From contig CBDCNP010000002.1 of assembly GCA_965219415.1 (NCBI GenBank), positions 1,856,001-1,920,000 on the forward strand: 64,000 nucleotides of DNA. The letters are read 5' to 3'. The translations under genes and the position numbers were made by a program. Below, in pieces: positions 1 through 9,642 of this stretch. Positions within the stretch are counted from its first letter, which is position 1. Each line of letters opens with the position of its first letter. The notes under the pieces are model-generated. The model was given only the letters and a program-made list of their open reading frames with translations, had not been told where the DNA came from and did no database searches. The DNA comes from Candidatus Marinacidobacterales bacterium (GTDB lineage Bacteria > Acidobacteriota > Vicinamibacteria > Marinacidobacterales > DATDRI01).

Positions 1-5
1 CGACC

Positions 6-581
6 TTGAAGTGGGCGCGCGACCACAACGTGAGTGCTCTTGGAGCGCATCAACGAGATCGGGTGCAACTCGTTCGGGGAGACGTGCGTGGGGTCAGAGA
101 CCCCCAAGCGGAGTTGATCGCGGGACTCAACTTCAGCTATTCCGTCTTCAAGACCCGCAAGGATATGGGCGTCTACATCAACAACGCTCATCGCGCGCTC
201 TTGCCCGGCGGCCTCTTCGTACTCGAAGCCTGGGGCGGCGGTCGGGCTCAGTTCCTGATGAAGGAGCGGAAACGATTCAAGGGGTTTACCTACGTCTGGG
301 ATCAGGCCGACTTCGATCCCGTGACACACCATATCCTCTGCAAGATTCACTTCGAGTTTCGGGACGGGACCCGCATGAAGAACGCCTTCATCTACGATTT
401 GCGGCTCTGGACTCTCCCGGAGCTCCGTGAGCTCATGGACGAGGCGGGGTTTTCGGACATCCACGTGCTCTGGGAAGGCACCGACCGCAATACCGGGGAA
501 GGCAACGGGGTATTCAGGAGAGTCGAGCGTGGCGGCGACGAGGAGGCCTGGATTGCCTACGTCATCGGTCAGAAGCGGTAA
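6..581 (+). CDS. Class I SAM-dependent methyltransferase (5' end likely outside the window)
   Basis: C-terminal MTase motifs LVRGDVR, LNFSY and ALLPGGLFVLE, plus the YDLRLWTLPEL tail; the frame is open from the window edge. Confidence 0.7.
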   Translation: MKWARDHNVSALGAHQRDRVQLVRGDVRGVRDPQAELIAGLNFSYSVFKTRKDMGVYINNAHRALLPGGLFVLEAWGGGRAQFLMKERKRFKGFTYVWDQADFDPVTHHILCKIHFEFRDGTRMKNAFIYDLRLWTLPELRELMDEAGFSDIHVLWEGTDRNTGEGNGVFRRVERGGDEEAWIAYVIGQKR

Positions 582-597
582 CTCACTTGCAGTAGAG

Positions 598-747
598 TGT
601 GCCTTCTATTTATTCATCCGCCAGCCCATGAGTCGGAAGTCAGCCCTGCGGCGCGAAATACCCTGGATTCTGCGCGGATTCCAACGGCGTCTAAGCTGCT
701 GATTTGTGGTCTATTTCAAAAGGGCCGAGTTTTGGCACAGGACGGGG
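598..747 (+). repeat. R1 MITE-like element, full copy (~150 bp)
   Basis: Near-identical copies at 9496-9642 and 16673-16822 (reverse); ends TGTGCCTTCTATTTATTCATCCG and GAGTTTTGGCACAGGACGGGG. Confidence 0.85.
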
Positions 748-823
748 TCTACGTGATCGGCACAGGCTCTCCTAGCAAAGAACCGGCGCGCCCCCACCAA
801 GAGTATAAAAGGAGGCAGCCATC

Positions 824-1789
824 GTGATGAGAGTAAGAACAGTTTGGACCTGGGGTGTCCCCATCGTTGCGCTACTCCTTGTGGCGGCATGCGCCCGTGA
901 TTCGAATCCCACTGCCGTGAGTTCGCTACCTCCCAATGTCGATCAAGAGGACGAGGTCCCTGAAGGGAACGAGGCCCCTGAGTCGACCCCGGCGGCAGAG
1001 TTTAGCTGCACGAACGTCGAGATGGTTCGTGCCCGCTTCAGTCGGCCCGGATATGTGGAGCACAACAAAGTCGGGCTCTATGTGTTTTTCCGGGGTATTC
1101 CCGAGGGTGAGAAGCGTCTGCAGATCTGGTGGGACTATCTGGGTCGCCGCGATGTCTCCCGCGACGTTCGGATCGAAAGCGGGGAAGAGATCTTCGAAAA
1201 CGTGCTGGAGCATGTCTACGAGGGATTGACAGAACCAACGACTTTCACGGTCCGTGTCCAGGTCATCGTGGACGGTCTGCGCGGTCAATGTGCCCGCAAT
1301 CGTGAGGTAGACGTACGGCCGCCGCCTTCCGGCGTTCAGACTTCCGGCGTTCAGACCGCCTTCGTCGGACCGGTCGATAACACCATCGGCGACATGCAAA
1401 CCTCCGGCGACTCGCAAACCTCCTATTCCTTCGGCCTGAAATTCACGGTGCTCAGAACGATGACGCTTCGGAGCGTGAGGGTGTATCCGGAAGGGACCGG
1501 AACCCTGGTCGTTCAGATATCAGATGCCGATGGCAATCCGATCGGGTCGAGTTCAGCCGCGATCACGACCCCCGGCGACCAGCGCGTATCGGTTGGGATG
1601 ACGCTTCCACCGGGGGATTATGAGATTAGCCTTACTGGAACATCGCTCTCCCCACCTGGGTTGTCCTGGAATTCTTCCGGGGTAGTGTTTCCTTACACCG
1701 TGCCAGGGGTCGTGAGCATCAACTCGGCGACCGGCGATGTATTGATCGAGTACAACTACTTCTACAACTGGGAAGTGTCGTGGCAGTAG
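824..1789 (+). CDS. Hypothetical lipoprotein with beta-rich extracellular domains
   Basis: AGGAGG RBS, signal peptide with lipobox VAAC, SGVQT tandem linker, YNYFYNWEV C-terminus. Confidence 0.65.
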   Translation: MMRVRTVWTWGVPIVALLLVAACARDSNPTAVSSLPPNVDQEDEVPEGNEAPESTPAAEFSCTNVEMVRARFSRPGYVEHNKVGLYVFFRGIPEGEKRLQIWWDYLGRRDVSRDVRIESGEEIFENVLEHVYEGLTEPTTFTVRVQVIVDGLRGQCARNREVDVRPPPSGVQTSGVQTAFVGPVDNTIGDMQTSGDSQTSYSFGLKFTVLRTMTLRSVRVYPEGTGTLVVQISDADGNPIGSSSAAITTPGDQRVSVGMTLPPGDYEISLTGTSLSPPGLSWNSSGVVFPYTVPGVVSINSATGDVLIEYNYFYNWEVSWQ

Positions 1790-1869
1790 TTGACGTGGGC
1801 GTTGGGTTGCAGCTACTCCGAGTCCGGGCGGCATCCAACTCGAGCGGGTCCAGCTTTTGCTATTCCAGA

Positions 1870-2115
1870 GGTGCTTCCGCAATCAAGTGTTGGTGGCTGC
1901 CGCGTAACCCGCTCGCGTGCTAGAGTTTGGGCCTGATTTGGATAGATGCAAGTTCTTTCGGCGATACCGGCTGGGCTGACCACGCGGTGCCTGACGTTCA
2001 GGGACATCTTCGTGTGCACGCCGACATCCTTAATTTATGGCGTTCGCCGACACAGGCAGGCCAACTGATATTAGCATTCAAACGCGGCGTAGCAACACTT
2101 GATGGCGGAAGCATC
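1870..2115 (+). mobile_element. Internally deleted IS/MITE with GGTGCTTCCGC terminal inverted repeats
   Basis: Left end GGTGCTTCCGCAATCAAGTGTTG, right end CAACACTTGATGGCGGAAGCA; the left end recurs at 16057-16140. Confidence 0.65.
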
Positions 2116-2211
2116 CTTATGATGAGGTATGAGAGAAGAGGACGACCTTCATCGCCGCGGCGATCTAACCCTTCTTGAACGCTGCAGTGTGAGCCACTCC
2201 AGGAGGTAACG

Positions 2212-2793
2212 GTGGGATTGTTTGGAAAATCGGAACCGCAAAAACTCAACGTCGTGACCGGTCCCCGCGGTGTTCCGGCCCAGAACGAATCACCATCGGT
2301 CGCGCCGCAAACGTTGATCGGGGCGAAAACGATCATCAGCGGTGAGTTGAACACCAGCGAGGTGCTCCAGATCGAAGGGCGGGTGGAAGGCAAGATCAAG
2401 AGCAGCGGAATGGTTGTAATCGGAGAAGCTGGTCGAGTGAAAGCGAAGGTCGAGGCGGCCAACGTCTCGATACGTGGCAAGCTAGAGGGCGACTGCACGG
2501 CAAGCGACAAAGTTGAGCTCACCCGCACCGGAAAGGTGTTCGGAAATCTCCGCGCCGCACGCATCGCGGTTGCCGAAGGAGCCATCTTCAAGGGGTCGAT
2601 CCAAATGACGGTCAACGAGGAACGCTCCGCTCCTGCTGAACCGGAGGCTGCTGAGCCAGAGGCTGCTGAGCCAGAGGCTGCTGAACCGGAGGCTGCTGAG
2701 CCAGGGGCTGCTGAACCAGAGGTTGCTGAGCCGGAGGCTGCTGAACCAGAGGTCGACGATGGCGATTCGCAATCCAGGGAGTCGCAGCCATGA
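2212..2793 (+). CDS. Bactofilin (polymer-forming cytoskeletal protein) with acidic repeat tail
   Basis: TLIGAKTIISGEL..LQIEGRVEGKI..VIGEAGRVKAKVEA..IRGKLEGD..GAIFKGSIQM beta-helix pattern; AGGAGG RBS. Confidence 0.9.
   Translation: MGLFGKSEPQKLNVVTGPRGVPAQNESPSVAPQTLIGAKTIISGELNTSEVLQIEGRVEGKIKSSGMVVIGEAGRVKAKVEAANVSIRGKLEGDCTASDKVELTRTGKVFGNLRAARIAVAEGAIFKGSIQMTVNEERSAPAEPEAAEPEAAEPEAAEPEAAEPGAAEPEVAEPEAAEPEVDDGDSQSRESQP
2635..2754 (+). repeat. 15-bp tandem repeat x8 encoding (AEPEA)n
   Basis: GCTGARCCRGAGGCT units visible directly. Confidence 0.95.
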
Positions 2794-2794
2794 T

Positions 2795-2960
2795 GGTGCT
2801 TGCGCTGTTTACTGTTGGTGATGTATATGCATCCCTTTTCAAAAGAGGCACTTACGCTCCATTTAGCACGCAGCGAAGGTCACGAACGCTATTTTGGCTG
2901 TAATTTAATGCACCGTAGGGTCTTAGTGTCATCTCACCAACACTTAATGGCGGAAGCACC
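2795..2960 (+). mobile_element. R2 MITE (166 bp), GGTGCTT...AAGCACC termini
   Basis: Homologous copy at 5806-5971; right end shared with the 1870-2115 element. Confidence 0.8.
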
Positions 2961-3139
2961 CTTGAGATTGTCGCCAGCGACGGTAGCCCCTAGGTGGACT
3001 CGACCGGCGTAGCGTGGAAACACAACTTCAGGAACACGCTTCGATATTTTCTCTCGACTAGGTGGTCATCTGCACGGTGGCGACCCGTCCGCCCAAGACG
3101 ATTTATAAGCCGCTCCGGTTGTGAGAGGACTTCCCTCTC

Positions 3140-3187
3140 TTGCAAAGGCATGTGTGCACATCACCAACAGCAAACAGCGCAAGCACC
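3140..3187 (-). repeat. R2 MITE left-end fragment
   Basis: Reverse complement of GGTGCTTGCGCTGTTTGCTGTTGGTGATGTG. Confidence 0.75.
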
Positions 3188-3202
3188 GCGTCGCACCAAA
3201 CG

Positions 3203-3715
3203 CTAGGTTTCCCCCCACAACGGAAGCCTTGCCATCACAAGGCGAAACGGGACGAGCAGACACCCCGCCGCCAGGAGTTTGACGCCGTAATCGCCCATCG
3301 CCCAGCTCACCCACGGTGTTCCCGTCGCGGCGAAGGCGACGCTGAAGAAGATCACGGTGTCGAGTGCCGAGGCGAGCGCCGACGAGATCAGAGGCGCCCG
3401 CCACCAGCTTACCCGTCGAAGGCGGTCGAAGATGGCAACGTCTGCGAGCTGCCCCATAAGGAAGGCCGTACCAGAGGCCGTGGCGATCCGGGGCGTAGCG
3501 ATGATGGCGGAGAGTCCGACCGCCAGCGCAAATCCCACGTAGACTATACGTCGGGCGGGCTCTGCACCGAGAGCCCGGTTGGTGAGGTCGGTGACCAGGA
3601 AAGCGAAAGGGTACGTGAAGGCACCCCAGGTGAGCCAGTCGTTGATGGGGTACTGAACGGCGACGTTGGACACGACGACGGTCAGCGTCATGGCCAGAAT
3701 AGCGATGGGGTTCAA
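3203..3715 (-). CDS. Queuosine precursor transporter (VUT/YhhQ family)
   Basis: VVSNVAVQ, TWGAFTYPFAFLVTDL, RIATASGTAFLMGQLAD, DTVIFFSVAF motifs. Confidence 0.88.
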   Translation of the reverse strand: MNPIAILAMTLTVVVSNVAVQYPINDWLTWGAFTYPFAFLVTDLTNRALGAEPARRIVYVGFALAVGLSAIIATPRIATASGTAFLMGQLADVAIFDRLRRVSWWRAPLISSALASALDTVIFFSVAFAATGTPWVSWAMGDYGVKLLAAGCLLVPFRLVMARLPLWGET

Positions 3716-3737
3716 GTCAACGTTCAGCAGTACACTG

Positions 3738-3791
3738 AGCTGCTGATTTATGGTCTATTTCAAAAGGTCCGAGTTTTGGCACAGGACGGGG
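3738..3791 (+). repeat. R1 right-end fragment
   Basis: Matches the last ~54 bp of R1 at 598-747. Confidence 0.8.
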
Positions 3792-3969
3792 TGGCGGAGG
3801 GTGCAGTCTGGAGCCATCCGCGTCGTGTCCAAAAATACAAATTCGTTTGTGTTGTTGGACACGACGGAATTCGCACGTTCGCAGGCAACAAGAAGACGCC
3901 GAGACGTTCGTCCTCGACATCCATCGGCAAGGGACGAGCGTGCAACCATCCCCGCCATTGAGATAGACG

Positions 3970-5676
3970 CTAAGGCGACAAGGATCCGTAAACTAACTCG
4001 CCGCCGAGCACGGTGGCCACGACCTCGATCTCGTTGATGTCTTCTGCTGGAACGGTGAGTATGTCCTGGCCCAGCACCACGAAGTCCGCGTACTTGCCCG
4101 CCTCGATCGAGCCCTTTTTGTCTTCTTCGAAGCTGGTGTAGGCAGAATGTTGTGTTATCGCGCGGATGGCCTCTTCTCGGGAGATCGCTTGATGAGCTGC
4201 CAGTATCCCGCCACCACCCATCTCGCGGATCACCGCGATCTCGATCTGCATCAGCGGAGCCGAGCGAACGGAAATGGCCTTGTCGGCCCCCAAGGTCATC
4301 ATCACCCCGTTGTCGATCCAGTCCCTGAACCGATAGGTCATTTCGGCCAGCGGCTTTCCCCAGAACTCAATGAATTTGTCTCCGATGATGTAGATGTGCC
4401 TTGGTTGCGCGTTCACGATGAGCTCCAGCCCCTTGATTCGCTCGTACTGGTCGGGCTGCAACAAGATCGCGTGATCGAGCATCCAACGTTTCCCTACGAT
4501 CGAGCTCTGGGCATTCGCATGTTCGAAAGCGTTCAATGCGAGATCGATAGCCGCGTCGCCTACCGCATGAGGACCGGGACGCCAGCCATGGCGAGCCGCA
4601 GCGGCCGCGAATGCATTGAACTGCTCTTGCGGCACGACCGACACACCGTGGTAGTCGGGACGCCCCTTGTACGCACCGCGTAAAAATGCCGACTCTTCCG
4701 CCCCGTCGAGCATCAGCTCGGCCAATCCGTCGGCACGAAACATGCCCTCACCCCATGTCTCGTCCGGAGAACCCAGGGCTTCGAAAACCGTGTCCAGCTC
4801 TGCTTCCGGGGTGTTGGGGTCGACGTTGTAACACCAATCCACGCGGGCGGTGAGCTCGCCTCGGTCATAGATTTCCCGGAGCATCGCGACTTGTTCCTTC
4901 GTACCGCCTGCCTCCCTGAAGCTCGTCATGCCCCAACTGTTGACTCGGCTGATGGCCTGCCGGATCCCGTCGAGCCGCTGCTCTTGAGTTAGCTTGGGAA
5001 CGTATTGGCGTGTCGGATGGTGGGCCGCTTTGAGAAGGAACCCGGTAGGATTGCCTTTCTCGTCCTTCCAGATCTCACCGCCGGGAGGATCGGGTGTGTC
5101 CTTCGTATAGTTGAGGCGTTCGAGAGCCAGGCTATTAGCGATATTGTAGTGCCCCCCTCTAAGGACTACTGGGTTGTCAGGAGACACAGGATCGAGATCA
5201 TGGCGGTTCGGTAGGCGCCTGTCCGAGAGCATGAACTGCCACCAACCACCCTCGCTGAAAAGCCACTCGCCGGACTCGGACTCCGTCACCGCCTTGGCGA
5301 CCACTTCTTGAATGTCGGCGATGGAGGTAACCGAAGTCAGATCCATCGAGGCGGGGAGGTTGAGCCCCATGGTGACCGCATGGGTGTGCGTATCGTGGAA
5401 CCCGGGGAGGACCGTCTTGCCACCTAGATCGACTTGCTTGGTATTCGCGCCGGCCATCGCGCGTACGTCGCTATCGGCTCCGACCACGACGAACTTACCG
5501 TCCTTGATAGCCGCCGCTTCGGCTATGGAAAAGGCTTCGTCCACGGTAAGGATCTTGGCGTTATGGACGACGAGGTCCACCGCTACCCCTTGCGAGGAGC
5601 CTGGATCTTCTTCACCGCATCCCGCCAAGCCCCCCATTCCTGCCACCAAAACGACCAGCTTTACTAAGCGACCCAT
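3970..5676 (-). CDS. Amidohydrolase (YtcJ-like, Amidohydro_3) lipoprotein
   Basis: PGFHDTHTH, HAVGDAA, KGSIEAGKYADFVVL; start chosen at ATG 5676 after AGGAGG with lipobox LAGC. Confidence 0.9.
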   Translation of the reverse strand: MGRLVKLVVLVAGMGGLAGCGEEDPGSSQGVAVDLVVHNAKILTVDEAFSIAEAAAIKDGKFVVVGADSDVRAMAGANTKQVDLGGKTVLPGFHDTHTHAVTMGLNLPASMDLTSVTSIADIQEVVAKAVTESESGEWLFSEGGWWQFMLSDRRLPNRHDLDPVSPDNPVVLRGGHYNIANSLALERLNYTKDTPDPPGGEIWKDEKGNPTGFLLKAAHHPTRQYVPKLTQEQRLDGIRQAISRVNSWGMTSFREAGGTKEQVAMLREIYDRGELTARVDWCYNVDPNTPEAELDTVFEALGSPDETWGEGMFRADGLAELMLDGAEESAFLRGAYKGRPDYHGVSVVPQEQFNAFAAAAARHGWRPGPHAVGDAAIDLALNAFEHANAQSSIVGKRWMLDHAILLQPDQYERIKGLELIVNAQPRHIYIIGDKFIEFWGKPLAEMTYRFRDWIDNGVMMTLGADKAISVRSAPLMQIEIAVIREMGGGGILAAHQAISREEAIRAITQHSAYTSFEEDKKGSIEAGKYADFVVLGQDILTVPAEDINEIEVVATVLGGELVYGSLSP

Positions 5677-5805
5677 GACTCCCCTCCTGAGTTCTAAATC
5701 ACCCCCATAGCATAGAACAAACCCGTTGTGTCCGAAAACACGAACGGCAGGTCTAAAATGCGCAATCAACACTGGATAGACTTTTTGCGGAGCACAGCCG
5801 TGAAC

Positions 5806-5971
5806 GGTGCTTGCGCTGTTTGCTGTTGGTGATGTGTACGTATCCCTTTGCAAAAAAAGTGCTTACGCTCCATTTAGCGCGCGGCGAAGGTCGTGAGCGC
5901 TATTTTGGCTGTAATTTAATGCAGTGTAAAGTCTTAGCGTCATCTCACCAACACTTAATGGCGGAAGCACC
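5806..5971 (+). mobile_element. R2 MITE copy 2
   Basis: Diverged copy of 2795-2960 with the same termini. Confidence 0.8.
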
Positions 5972-6255
5972 ATCATTCGTGCCGGACTCATTTGTCGCTT
6001 GAGAAGGACGCGCGCGAGCCTCGCCGCGTAGAGTCGCCGACGATGGGCAAAGTAAGTGCCATTCCAAAGGTGGGTGGTCTCCATCATTATTGCACTCGAC
6101 GCGCTGCTTGAGCCGATCCGCTCGGAACGGCTGCCGGACTTCGCACCAGCTTACACCTCTACCCCTGAGTAGAGCCGACGCCGGCTCTTAAAACGTCCTA
6201 CATGAAGACGACCAAAGCATCCTGGTTGCACGCGGATGAATAAATAGGAGGCACA

Positions 6256-6463
6256 CCTTCCATGGTTCGCCGATGGACCGCTCTTGGCGTCGTCACCGCG
6301 CAGAAAAAGTTCCAGCGTATCAAAGGCTATCGCCATATGGGCGCTCTCGTTCACGCGCTTAGAAGCAAACAGAAATCTCTTGACAGCGATGAGTTTGCTG
6401 CCTAAGAGTATTCACAGGTGCCGTCGCTACCCGACCAAATTCAACAGCGGTCGGGACATCCCC
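6256..6463 (+). mobile_element. IS256 (type A) right-end remnant
   Basis: Nearly identical to the last ~208 bp of 27617-29077, ending in GGGACATCCCC; cut on the left by an R1-type terminus at 6231-6255. Confidence 0.9.
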
Positions 6464-6631
6464 GTCTGCCCGTCAATACGCGATCTTCTTTTTTGCGGAT
6501 CACAACTGTCAAGTTGATGAAAAAGCTAGCAGACCGACCCCCAAGATACTGGGCTCAAGCCCGTGGTGAACCCACCATGCCGGGCATCAGAAACGGCCGT
6601 CAGCCTCAACTTGACAATGCTGGTAAAAAGG

Positions 6632-7051
6632 CTAGGGCGCGGTGGGTAGCAACGCCCAGCCAATGCACCGCTCAGCATCATCAAGCAAACTTGCCGCGGC
6701 GGGGTCCTCAAGCAGTGGTACTCCAAGCCTGACCAGACAACAGGGCAAGTCCAGCTCCGCCGGTAGCTCCGCCGCCAACCAGCGCACGCCCTTCGCTGCG
6801 CCCCCGACCGTCCAGGCCGTCACGCAACGAACCATGACTCGGCGCTCGGTTCCCTCAATGAGCCAGCCCACCGCGCCGGTCCAGGTGTTCCTGATGCTTA
6901 GAAAGTATTCGGTGAATCCGGGCAACGGCATCGCCTGGCCGCTGGTGGCTGCCTTGACGATGGGCCTCAACGCGGCCAGCGTCTCGGGGCGAACATCCGA
7001 GCGTGGAATCTGGGCCATGTGGCCCGTCGATAGGTGGTAGTGGTGTATCAC
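6632..7051 (-). CDS. Hypothetical protein
   Basis: 139-aa ORF with protein-like composition; no recognised motif. Confidence 0.4.
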   Translation of the reverse strand: MIHHYHLSTGHMAQIPRSDVRPETLAALRPIVKAATSGQAMPLPGFTEYFLSIRNTWTGAVGWLIEGTERRVMVRCVTAWTVGGAAKGVRWLAAELPAELDLPCCLVRLGVPLLEDPAAASLLDDAERCIGWALLPTAP

Positions 7052-7174
7052 CCCGCCGGCGAAACAACGCCCAAGGGTAGCAACCCGTTCGCCAACATCT
7101 CCCTCGCCCGTTAGCTGTGCCTTCTATTTATTCATCCGCGCGCACCGAACTTAATTAGTCTCCGGTCTGTCGGC

Positions 7175-8392
7175 ACCCGTATGGTGCAAAAACTCAGCCG
7201 GTCATCTTCCGCAGCGGTAAGTGACTTCCGCTACGATGCTTGCGATGAGCACATTGGTCTCGCCACAAATCTTCCTGGTCTCGCTCCTGGCCGGTTGGCT
7301 GAACCAGGAGCAGCAGAAGATCCTTGAGTATCTGCAGGAGGAGAACCGTGTTTTGAAGGCGCAACTCGGTCAGCGGTTACGCTTGAGCGACGAGCAGCCG
7401 ATGGCATCGTGAGCTCATCGCGAGGAAATGGACGTACCCTTGTCGTCAAGCGGGGCGTCCGCCTATCTCGTCGGAAATCGAGGAGTTGGTCGTGCGCATG
7501 GCCAAGTCGAGCCCGTCTTGGGGCTACGACCGAATCCAAGGAGCTATGGCCAACCTCGGCCACAAGATCGCGCCGAACATGGTGAAGCGGCTCTTGAAGG
7601 AGCACGGTATCGAACCGGCACCGCTTCGCCGGCGAAGGACGACATGGGCGCAGTTTCTTCGGAGTCACGGGGACACCCTTGCCGCCGCCGATTCCTTCAC
7701 CACCGAAATCTGAACTCCCACGGGTCTGGTTACGTTCTACGTCTTCTTCGCGATTCAGCTGAAGACCCGCCGGGTCCATATCTCGATACCCACACCAAAC
7801 TCGGACCGAGTCTTCATGAAACAAGTAGCGCTCGACCTTGCCGCGTTCGACGACAGCTTTCTCCGAGGCTACTCGCACCTCATCATCGACCGAGATTCGA
7901 AATACACAACGGAGTTTCGAGAAGTCCTGAAGGAAAACGACGTGGACATTGTCCCGATTCCGACAAAATCTCCGAACTGCAATCCTCACGCGGAGCGCTT
8001 CGTGCGCTCGGTCAAAGAGGAGTGCCTAAACAGGACGGTCTTGTTTGGCCGGAATGCGTTGGAACGCGCTCTCCGCGAATATCGTCTCCATTATCTGCGT
8101 GAGAGGAATCACCAGGGTTTCGGCAACCGTTTGCTAGACGATTTTCCCCAGGACGCGGATGGGCCCAGCGTCGAGTGCCGCAAGCGACTCGGCGGCCTAC
8201 TTCGTTATTACTATCGTGCGGCTTGCCTGAGCAGATACGTTCGAGTGCCGTCCGAGCCGCCCCGTGGGTTTCGTATCGTCGTGGCATTGACCTCGGCTGA
8301 CGGCCCATTGAATCCTCGCGTTCGCGCAGATCCGGTCATCGACCCTCCACGGGCCGACGTCGAGCTCGACGTACTATTTGCACCATACGGGT
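7175..8392 (+). mobile_element. rve/integrase-core IS element with degraded transposase
   Basis: 16-bp TIR ACCCGTATGGTGCAAA at both ends; fragments WGYDRIQG, LIIDRDSKY, SPNCNPHAERFVRS, ERNHQG, RLGGLLRYY; internal stop and deletion. Confidence 0.85.
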
Positions 8393-8427
8393 CATAGATG
8401 ACAGGCCTCTCCGCTCGCAGCAGGGAC

Positions 8428-8754
8428 TCAACGGGCCCGCTCGATCAGCCGCATCAGGTTCGCGACATGCTGCTTCAGTCGGGTTCGGCCGTTGGTGGTC
8501 AGATGATACCAAGTCACCGGTCGCCGGTCGCGATGGGTCTTCTCGATCGACAGGTAGCCGGCGTCCTCGAGCTTGCGAAGGTGCGTGCCGAGACTGCCGT
8601 CCTTCTCTTCGAGCACCTGCTTCAGGCGACTGAACGACATCGCGTCGTGCTTTGAGAGCAGGACACAGATCGCGAGCCGCACCCGGTGTTCGAGGAGTCC
8701 GTTGAGCGACTCCAACTCGTCGAGACCTGGAATGTCCGGGTCAGTTCGTGGCAT
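8428..8754 (-). CDS. Winged-helix transcriptional regulator (MarR/ArsR-like)
   Basis: HRVRLAIC..MSFSRLK..DGSLGTHLRKLEDAGY..TWYHLT..GR. Confidence 0.85.
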   Translation of the reverse strand: MPRTDPDIPGLDELESLNGLLEHRVRLAICVLLSKHDAMSFSRLKQVLEEKDGSLGTHLRKLEDAGYLSIEKTHRDRRPVTWYHLTTNGRTRLKQHVANLMRLIERAR

Positions 8755-9312
8755 CGTGCTTCCGTGCTTCAAGAAATGCCTGCACTGTGAGCGCGACGGC
8801 GACGATGACACCGGCGGTGGTCCACACGTACCCAGGCAAGAAGAGCGTGATCAGGTAACAGACGCCGAGCACCAAGCCAATCGGCAAGAGCCGGCGTTCC
8901 AGATGCACACCCGCTTGGAAGTACGTCAAGCTCAGGAGCAGGACCCAAAGCGAATTGAATCCGGACCACTTCAAGTGTCCCGCTGCGACGAGCGCCCCAC
9001 CGAGCAGACCAGCCACCATGAACGCCAGCCAGTGAAGGCTCCAGCGAATGCCCTCCTGACGATCGGCCTGCCCGGCGTGGTGACTTGCCCGCATGCCGAG
9101 CCACACGGAGAGGCAGAAACCGGCTGGCGCCGAGACGACCCAAATACCTACCGATCCATCGGTAGTCGTCGACGAAATCCACCAGCGCGAAGCCGCAGAG
9201 TGCTATTACCGCCCACAGCAGATATATGGACGGGACAAAGATTGGTGTTCGATCGGTCCGCCGCCGCGCGGATGTAGGCGATGTCTTCCTTGAGTTCCTT
9301 TGTGTCGGTCAT
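8741..9312 (-). pseudogene. Membrane protein upstream of the regulator, frameshifted
   Basis: MTDTKELKEDIAYIR start and hydrophobic C-terminal segment lie in different frames. Confidence 0.55.
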
Positions 9313-9495
9313 GTGTTCCTCCATTTCTGCGTCGATGATGTACTCTCATTCCGATGGTACTCTTAAATATAGAGTATATTATTGGAGCTGTCAATAGGAA
9401 CATCGCTTGTCCTGCTGGACGGGATCAGGGTTGGGAAACGGCCCGAAATGGAGTGATGACGGGAAGCATAGGGCGGATAGTGGTGATAGAGGGGT

Positions 9496-9642
9496 TGTAC
9501 CTTCTATTTATTCATCCGCTAGCCCATGGGTCGGAAGTCAGCCCTGCGGCGCGAAATACCCTGGATTCTGCGCGGATTCCAAGGGCGTCTATGCTGATGA
9601 TTTGTGGTCTATTTCTAAAGGGCCGAGTTTTGGCACAGGACG
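9496..9642 (+). repeat. R1 MITE copy truncating the RND gene
   Basis: Matches 598-747; abuts RND codons ...SLAFGV. Confidence 0.85.

Noticed and set aside
2635-2754. CRISPR-like periodicity
   Set aside because: Spacerless 15-bp coding tandem repeat.
3140-3961. Long + strand ORF and similar antisense ORFs across the window
   Set aside because: Shadow ORFs of high-GC genes or repeats, without motifs or RBS.
5677-5853. N-terminal extension of the amidohydrolase ORF
   Set aside because: It reads through the R2 MITE; the RBS and lipoprotein signal support ATG 5676.
7711-7713. In-frame TGA in the rve integrase as selenocysteine
   Set aside because: The position corresponds to a Trp (TEIW) in an otherwise degraded transposase, with no SECIS-like hairpin noticed.
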